A stretch of DNA of 64,000 nt from NCBI GenBank assembly GCA_051294375.1, contig CM119266.1, positions 20,934,780 to 20,998,779 on the forward strand, in the 5' to 3' direction. A program made the translations under genes and the position numbers. The first letter of the stretch is position 1. The number at the start of each line of letters is the position of its first letter. Origin of the DNA: Paraspadella gotoi (Eukaryota > Animalia > Chaetognatha). This document shows, piece by piece, positions 57,047-64,000 of the stretch. The notes beneath the pieces are model-generated. The model was given only the letters and a program-made list of their open reading frames with translations. It had not been told where the DNA came from and did no database searches.

Positions 57047-60000
57047 TCAAGATACTTGCTTCATCTCGTGACTTGGCTTCCACATCCTCCATGAGGGAGG
57101 CGAGTCTCTAGGATGTCTAGAGGCCACCCCTGCCGGCGCCCCCGGATTCGGGGATGATCCCGGCGAGCCGCTGCTGCCGGGTGACCGGGTGGCGCCCGTC
57201 GAAGAGATGGAGGTGGTGGCCGTCAGCGTGGGCGCCGAGTGGTGCAGCGGCGACAGGTTGGGCGACCGCGTAGGGGCCGGTGATCTACTTCGGCTCCGCT
57301 CGCGCGACTCATATCCTAATGGAGAGGTGGAAGATTTCCTGGCGCTCAAGTCTGTCGCTGAGGCATTAACGGCTGCCGCCGCTGCTGCTGCCATGTTCGC
57401 CGCGGAGGCTTCGCTGTGGGCTTTCCACAGGGACGCCCACGAATTTGCCATGGCCGGCGGAACCGGGAACAATGGGAAGCCGAGATGGTTTCCAGGCGAG
57501 AGCGGCTTTGGCAGATCCAAAACGGGTGGAGGAGGCGAAATGGACCTGGGTCGCTTCCGCGATGTCGGAGAAATGGACCTTTGTCGAGAGTGATGGTTGG
57601 TGGGTTCAGGGGAGCTGGATCTGGATCTGGGTGAATGATTGTACGAATCTCTTGGGGAAGTTGATGGCTCGGATCGGTTGGATTTTTTGGTGCTCAGGTT
57701 TATCTCGTTGTTGTTGAAGCCATGCTCGTCGGATGAGGTCTGAGACAATGGCCTTTGATGAGATCCCATGTCTCCACGAAGGAATGCAGGAGGCGATAGC
57801 AGGTTGGGACCATTGAAACGGTTCATGGCGTTGGCACCATTGAGGCTCTGAATGACAGATATTTCATTGAGTTTGGGTCCGATCCCATTAACCAATCCCA
57901 ATGGATAGCCATGGTAAAAATCTGCAACAGATGCTGGAGGAAATCCACGGAGAGCCCCTGGAGGATAGATGCCCCTTGCATCTGGGCCCGGAGCTCCTGG
58001 AGCGCCAGGGTGGCCTGGAGGGAACATGTTTTCCTTTGGTAGACGAGGATGTGGGAGCACCCCAGGATGTCCAGGCGGAACTGCTCCGAAAGGTACATCA
58101 ACACTCATTCTCCTCCCACGTCTTGAAGGCCCATTATTCCACATATGCGTTCCCATATGCACTTTCAAATTTCCTTTAGTGGTAAATGCCCTGGAGCAAA
58201 TTGTGCACTTAAAAGGCTTCTCTCCCGTATGTGTTCTCATATGAATTTGCACAGCACTTGCCGAGCTAAAGTATTTGTGGCATACCTGACATTGGCGATT
58301 GCTGGGTGTTTGCTTTTGGCGATTGCTATTATTAGAACCTGAAGATCCTTCAGTGGTTCCAGATGAATGTCTCGATGACGTTGCTCCAGATGTAGTTGAA
58401 GGAACTAATCCAGAACTTTCTGGTGGCAATGAGCTTGGCATTCCTGGGAATGCCAGTGATCTTAAAGATGAAGGTAATGATGTTGTTGGAAATTGCGGCG
58501 GTGGAGGCAAGGAAAAGCCCCCATGGCTTGGAGATGGTGCAGAAGCTAGAGATGACTGAGGTGATGCTGGAGTTAGTGCCAAAGGCTTGTCATATAGCCC
58601 ATCATTGTCATTTTTGTCATTGAATTGCTCGGGGGAGTTATTACCACTCCCATTCTCATTTGTTTGTTTCGATGATTCATAATCTTCTTCAGAAAATGCC
58701 TTTGATGGGATATCCCTTATTTTGTGAGTTAACATATGCTGCTTCATATTTCCTCTAGTCGAAAATGCTCGCTCACAAATTTCACATTTGAATGGCCGTT
58801 CTTTAGTATGGCTCCTATAATGAATCTCTAGCGCACTTCGGCAGGCGAAAGTCTTGAAGCAGATGTCACATGTTGTGTTGCGGCTCCCCCCCGTTAAGCC
58901 TGGAACCGGAAGTGTGCCAGGATACGGTGAAGCCCCTAATGGTGGAAACAGTCCAGAAGGAGGTGGAGGTGGTATAAGGGAACCAAGACTTGAAATAGGA
59001 TGATTTGGCATATGGCCTGCCTCAATGGCATCTCGAAATGCTGTTGCATAATGACCGCTGGAAGATCTTGGTGTAAGATCTAACGCTCCCCCCTCAGAAG
59101 CAGCTGGGGAAGGGGGAATGCAAGGATCTGAATTGGCACTTCGTCCCTCTGAAGCAACAGTATAAGGAGATGAAGCATCACTTCTATCAGATCTAGTCTC
59201 ACCACTATGATTGACAGGCTTTGAGTCAATATTTCCATCATCTTCACCTTTATGGTCGTCAGATCGAGTAGGCGACGGCATTCTCATATCCACAGGGGAT
59301 TTTAAATTGGTTTCGGAAGTCGGCATTTTTGGAGGGATGCCAAACGGATTGAATCCAAATTGCGATTTGTAAAAAGAAAGAGCAGAGTGCTGAGCACCGG
59401 CAGAGATGCCTTTTACCGTGTTTTCTAATGCAACCAGGGAAGTTGAAATGGCACTGTTGTGATGATTCGCGTTTGACGCGGGAGGAGCCATCTCCTCATT
59501 TCTGTGACAATTCAATTTTTGTTCCTTTTCCTCGTGAATCCTTTGATTGTCTATGCTTTTGTGATCATTCTTCTCTGGCTCCGAACACGGCGACATAGGG
59601 AGAACGTTTCTCTCGTCCTCAGTCTTGACGTGATCAGCGCTGGTGATTGCCAATTGCTTCTTTTGGCTAAGATCAATTCCCGCTTCTTCTTCATCGTTGG
59701 AATCTTGGTGGATTGAGGCGTTAGTCAAGTCCAATCCGGCCGCCGCCATAGACGCCAGAGAAGCCTGCGATTGTAGCGCCGCTCGGAGGTCCAACCCTCC
59801 AGGGAGAGGGAGACCCATGAAACCGGGTAGAAATCCATGAGGCGGCAATTGAGGGATTTGTGGATAAATCTCTTTCAGGTCTTCTCTGGACAGCGACTCT
59901 CTGATGTTTCTCTCCTGCTCTTCACTGATCTCCCCCGTGTGGAGACGGATGTGCTGTTGCAGCACGATGGCATTGGTAAACTGTTTGTGACAAACCGGAC

Positions 60001-61317
60001 ACTGATGCAAAACACGAAGAGGAGGTTTTGCTTTGTGAACTCCCATATGCGTCTTCAGATTTCCCTTTGTTGTAAAAGCCCTCCCGCAGAGTTTACATCT
60101 AAATGGGCGTTCGCCCGTGTGCGTGCGATAATGCATCTGCAGAGCGCTCTTGCAACTAAGTATGCGATTACAAATACAACACTGGTTTGGATCGGCCAGT
60201 TTGTTTTCTATGTTATCTACCAACTGCTGCAGCTTGGACGTTTCTGGAGTGGAAATCTCCATATACTTTTCTAAGGGGGCGTTTGGGGAAATACATGGAA
60301 CATTTTCGGTCAGTGGGTGGTTAATTGGGTTACCATTGGCGAAACTCGTGTCGACCGAAAGTGGCGTGCTGGCATGAGAGGAGGAAGGCGGAGAAGAGGC
60401 TTTCCCTGGATGAGGATGCCCGATCCCATTGAAGGGAGACGAGGAGCTCGTGGCCGCCTTGCCTGTGATGTCGGGACTCTTGCGGTCCGCCGTCGACGCC
60501 GCCGTTGTCGGAGACTTTTGCAGGTTGACGGAGCCGAGGGATCCTCCAAGGGAGAACCGCCTCGGATCCGCCGACAGGTGCCCGCCTTCGGCAGCCGCGG
60601 CGGGTGAGGTGGCGCCCAGCAGATGCCCGGGATGGAAGTGCGGATGCGACAGCGGCGCCGCGCCGTTGAAAACGCCGCGTCCGAGGCCGCGTGACGGCGA
60701 AGCTGACCTCGGCGAAGCAGCAGCGGCGGCGGCGTCGCGATCTCCGTCGGGAATTTCGGGCGCCATCATCGTCGACGCTGTAAGAGACGAAAGGGGTTTG
60801 GGAAGGGATGATTTTGAAGAGGATTCGATGGGAGAGGCCGCCCGATCGGAGCGAGCCAAAGCCGGCGCCGAGGACGACGGCGTCGTCGTCGTTGTCGTGG
60901 ACAGGGCCGGCGCCGTCGGGGAAGAAGGGGAAGAAGAAGAAGAAGAGACCGAAGCCGGGAGGGGCACGGCCGAAGGAGGAGGAGGAGGAGGAGGTGGAGC
61001 GGAGGAGGAAGAGGAAGAAGTGACTGAAGGTAGGAGGGTGCCAAAGAGGTGAGAGGCGAAGGAAGAAATTGACGGCGCCCCGAGCCCGAACGGCGCCAGC
61101 GACGGCGGCGTCGATGGCGCCGACGACAGCGGCGGCAGCGGGAGCGGCGGCGAGGGCGGCTCCAGCGGCGGCTGCATATCATCCAGGTGCTCGGGAACCG
61201 GATTCGGGTTCATCGGAATGTGGGGGTATTTATCGCGGTGGCGAGCGAAGTGGACTTTTAGGTTCCCCTTTGTGCTAAATCGATTTCCGCAAATGTTGCA
61301 CTTAAAGGGACGTTCAC
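57047..61317 (-). CDS. sall: Spalt/SALL zinc-finger transcription factor, large terminal coding exon (5' exons are outside the window)
   Basis: The exon opens at acceptor ag|GT GAA (61317) with [27 protein letters not shown]...[12 protein letters not shown] (second finger of cluster 1). It continues with [12 protein letters not shown], the triple-finger cluster 2, and clusters 3 and 4 carrying SAL boxes [16 protein letters not shown] and HMWNN. Confidence 0.96.
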
Positions 61318-62196
61318 CTTTTTTTTTAAGGGGAAGGGGTGGGTGTGGAGGACAGTGGATAGGGAAGAAAGAAGGTGTCGAGTTTGGGTGAGTGCGCGAG
61401 AGACAGAGAGAGAAAGAGAGAAGGAAAGAGGGAGAGAAAGAAAAGAAAAGGAGAAAGAGAAAAAAAGGGGAAAAATAGATTTTAATTTAATACTGAAAAT
61501 TTTTATATATTAAGGATTATTAAGATGAGTATGTAACATTGCATTCCCTTAACACCATTTGGAGGTCTGTCCTATAAAATTTTTTATTTTATGTAAAATA
61601 TTTTTTTTATAGAAAATCAATTAAAGATTATTGTAAATAAATATCGTTAAATTAAAAAGAAAAAGAAAAAAGATGAAAAGGATTTTCGTCTCTAGGCACA
61701 ACGCTGAAAGTGCAACATAAGGGACTTTATATAGTTTAAACTAAATCTTATTTCTATTTTATTAGACCAGCAAAAGGCTTTAATAAAAAAGGGAACGAAT
61801 AAAAGTTAGTGCGGGTTAGTTACTTGAAAAGCATGCGCATGCAAAGGTTATTATTTATCGAAATGAAATCGACTGGAATTTTAAAAGTTACAAAACCGGA
61901 TCACATCGCGTTGAACCGAAGATAACAGATATCACAATGAAAGCGAACTCGTGATCGCGAATATCTCGCACGTGCCACCATAATTAAGGCATCTTTCCTT
62001 CTCATTGTTCGATACCCCCCCCTCTCGCTCTCGCACTCGCTGTCTCAATTTCTTGCTCTTTCTCTCTCTTTTATTGAAGGTGAACGAACGCGCATCTGGC
62101 ATCTTCATTGGTCAAAATCCCGACGCCGCTTATGCCCCTAATTGGCTGACGTTTGGACGAAAGGGAATGAGAACAATCGTCAGGAGGAAGAGAGAA

Positions 62197-62328
<132 letters not shown>

Positions 62329-62660
62329 TCGAAACCACGTGCTTCCCAATTTGTAAGATGGATTGAGTTACATTGACGCTCCAATTCCCTCCGCCCCCCT
62401 TTTCTTTGCCGCGTATGACTGTCCACTGTCGCTCGTTAATCTTCCCTCTCTCATCATCACGTGAGCCAGCGTGAATCACAGCGTGGCAAGGATCAGAGTG
62501 ATAGAGTTGTGATTATACATCGCGTTTATGGCAAGTTTAAGTGTCATAGAATAAATGGGCTAAAAGAGTAAAAGTGAAAAATTAATAGGGATTTAGAAAA
62601 TCTTTACTAAAATCCGTTCTCCTTTACGGTCGGAAGAAATTAATTGAATTTGAGAGAAGG

Positions 62661-62711
<51 letters not shown>

Positions 62712-64000
62712 CCTTGTAAGGCAATTAGGATTTCATGCGCTGCTTCGGTGAGGAGATGAATCTCTACCGGAAGACGTAAAAACTAAAAAGGAATGAAAAA
62801 GAAAAAGGGGAGTGAATGTTGACGGGGAAACGTGAGAAGAGTGTGAAAGTGAGGAAACGCGTTGAGAGTAAAGTGATGCGAAGTATCTTGTTCACAGTGA
62901 AGTCGTCTTCATCCAGACTTTAAAGTTATTTCTCCAAAAAAGAAAAACCAATCGGAGATTTTACGTTGAGAAAAAGATGAATGTCTCTCTCTCTCTCAAA
63001 AAAATAAAAAGGTCGCGACTCGAGAAAAGAAAGAAGCGGGTAAAGTAAAAAAAAAAAATAAAAACGAGAAAAAGGAAAAGAGAGAGAGAGAGAGAGAGGC
63101 TCTTGGCGTCTCCAGGATTCTGAGTTTGTGACAGGTTTTGCGAATGCCTGGGGAATTCCTCAATGACATTTTGGATACGAATTGAACCGAGTTAAAAAAG
63201 AAGGGAAGTAAGGCGGGAGTGAGGGAACGGGTGGGCGGCGTCGGGGAGTGAAAGCGGAAATAGAAAAGGAGCTCTGGTTACATCAATTCACATATTGAGA
63301 AAGAGAGGTGTCAAGGGTGGCGAAGAGTGTCGGGTGGGTGGACGCAAAACCTGGCTAAGACGAAATGCTGTGACTTTGTCAGCCATTGATTCTCTTCAAC
63401 GAGAACGACAACGACGACGACGACGACGACGACGTCCGTTGAAAACTAATCACTCGGAAAAAAAAACCCCTTAATCAATTTTGACCATAGACTCGTCCTT
63501 TCTCTTCTTTTTCAGAGATAACGCCGGGCGACGCCGCCGCTCACGCCGCCTTCCACCGACGCCGGCAGGAACGAAAGACGCCGACGAAAATGAGTCTTTT
63601 GTTCGAGAGGAGGTGAATCCGCGGGGAATTTTAAGTCGGGGTTCGTTAGATGACGCTCAGAATGTTGATGGATCGAGAGACCGTGACGACCAACAGTTGA
63701 ACAGTCGAACCGAATTTGACCAGAAAAATTAGGAAAATCTAATTATCATATGTTATTTTGATATTATAGAGTAATAATATAGATATAACATAAATTCGCC
63801 TATTGAATTTAAGCTTTAAATCTTTTAGTTTTTAAACCTCGTGTCTGTTTTTAAATAAAAAAAAACAAAAAAACAGTGATTGACGGGCGGAAAAATCGTG
63901 TTTTATCGATGATGTGCCTTGTTTTTCTTTTTCTAAATGATTTTTTTTATCAATGATGTTCACTCGACCAAAAAATAAACCTCGGAAAAGATGGCAGTCG

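Noticed and set aside
57189-61278. Numerous plus-strand ORFs over spalt
   Set aside because: They are shadow ORFs of a GC-rich, low-complexity coding exon.
61213-61317. Spalt apparently starting at Met 61213 and lacking zinc-finger cluster 1
   Set aside because: The frame extends upstream to an acceptor at 61317 and encodes the second finger of cluster 1. The remainder must lie in exons beyond the window.

Overview
This is eukaryotic (invertebrate animal-type) genomic DNA: AT-rich short introns, CpG-rich exons and many (AG)n microsatellites. I found no prokaryotic features, CRISPR arrays or rRNA. Splicing exons by hand gives ten genes. From left to right: an SLC9C (sperm-type Na+/H+ exchanger) paralog A running off the left edge (-); Dispatched (+); a complete SLC9C paralog B with NHE, voltage-sensor and cyclic-nucleotide-binding domains (-); a small coiled-coil gene (+); an intronless protein with a MADS-box-like segment (+); an intronless CXXC/F-box/LRR gene lacking JmjC (-); an OATP/SLCO4-like transporter (+); a type II membrane SAM-methyltransferase (+); a transglutaminase-like plus MYND finger gene (-); and the large terminal exon of spalt/SALL (-). 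The main candidate system is the SLC9C pair. Paralog A keeps the canonical ion-binding motif (GEALINDG). Paralog B has lost it (SKCLMTNG) and has a disrupted cNMP pocket, yet keeps a complete S4 voltage sensor, and it appears to need two micro-exons flanking a large hairpin to stay in frame. Other points of note are an apparent frameshift in Dispatched, frequent AAG splice acceptors and several small non-autonomous repeat families. All gene models are manual inferences without alignment or RNA evidence, and exon coordinates may be off by a few bases.
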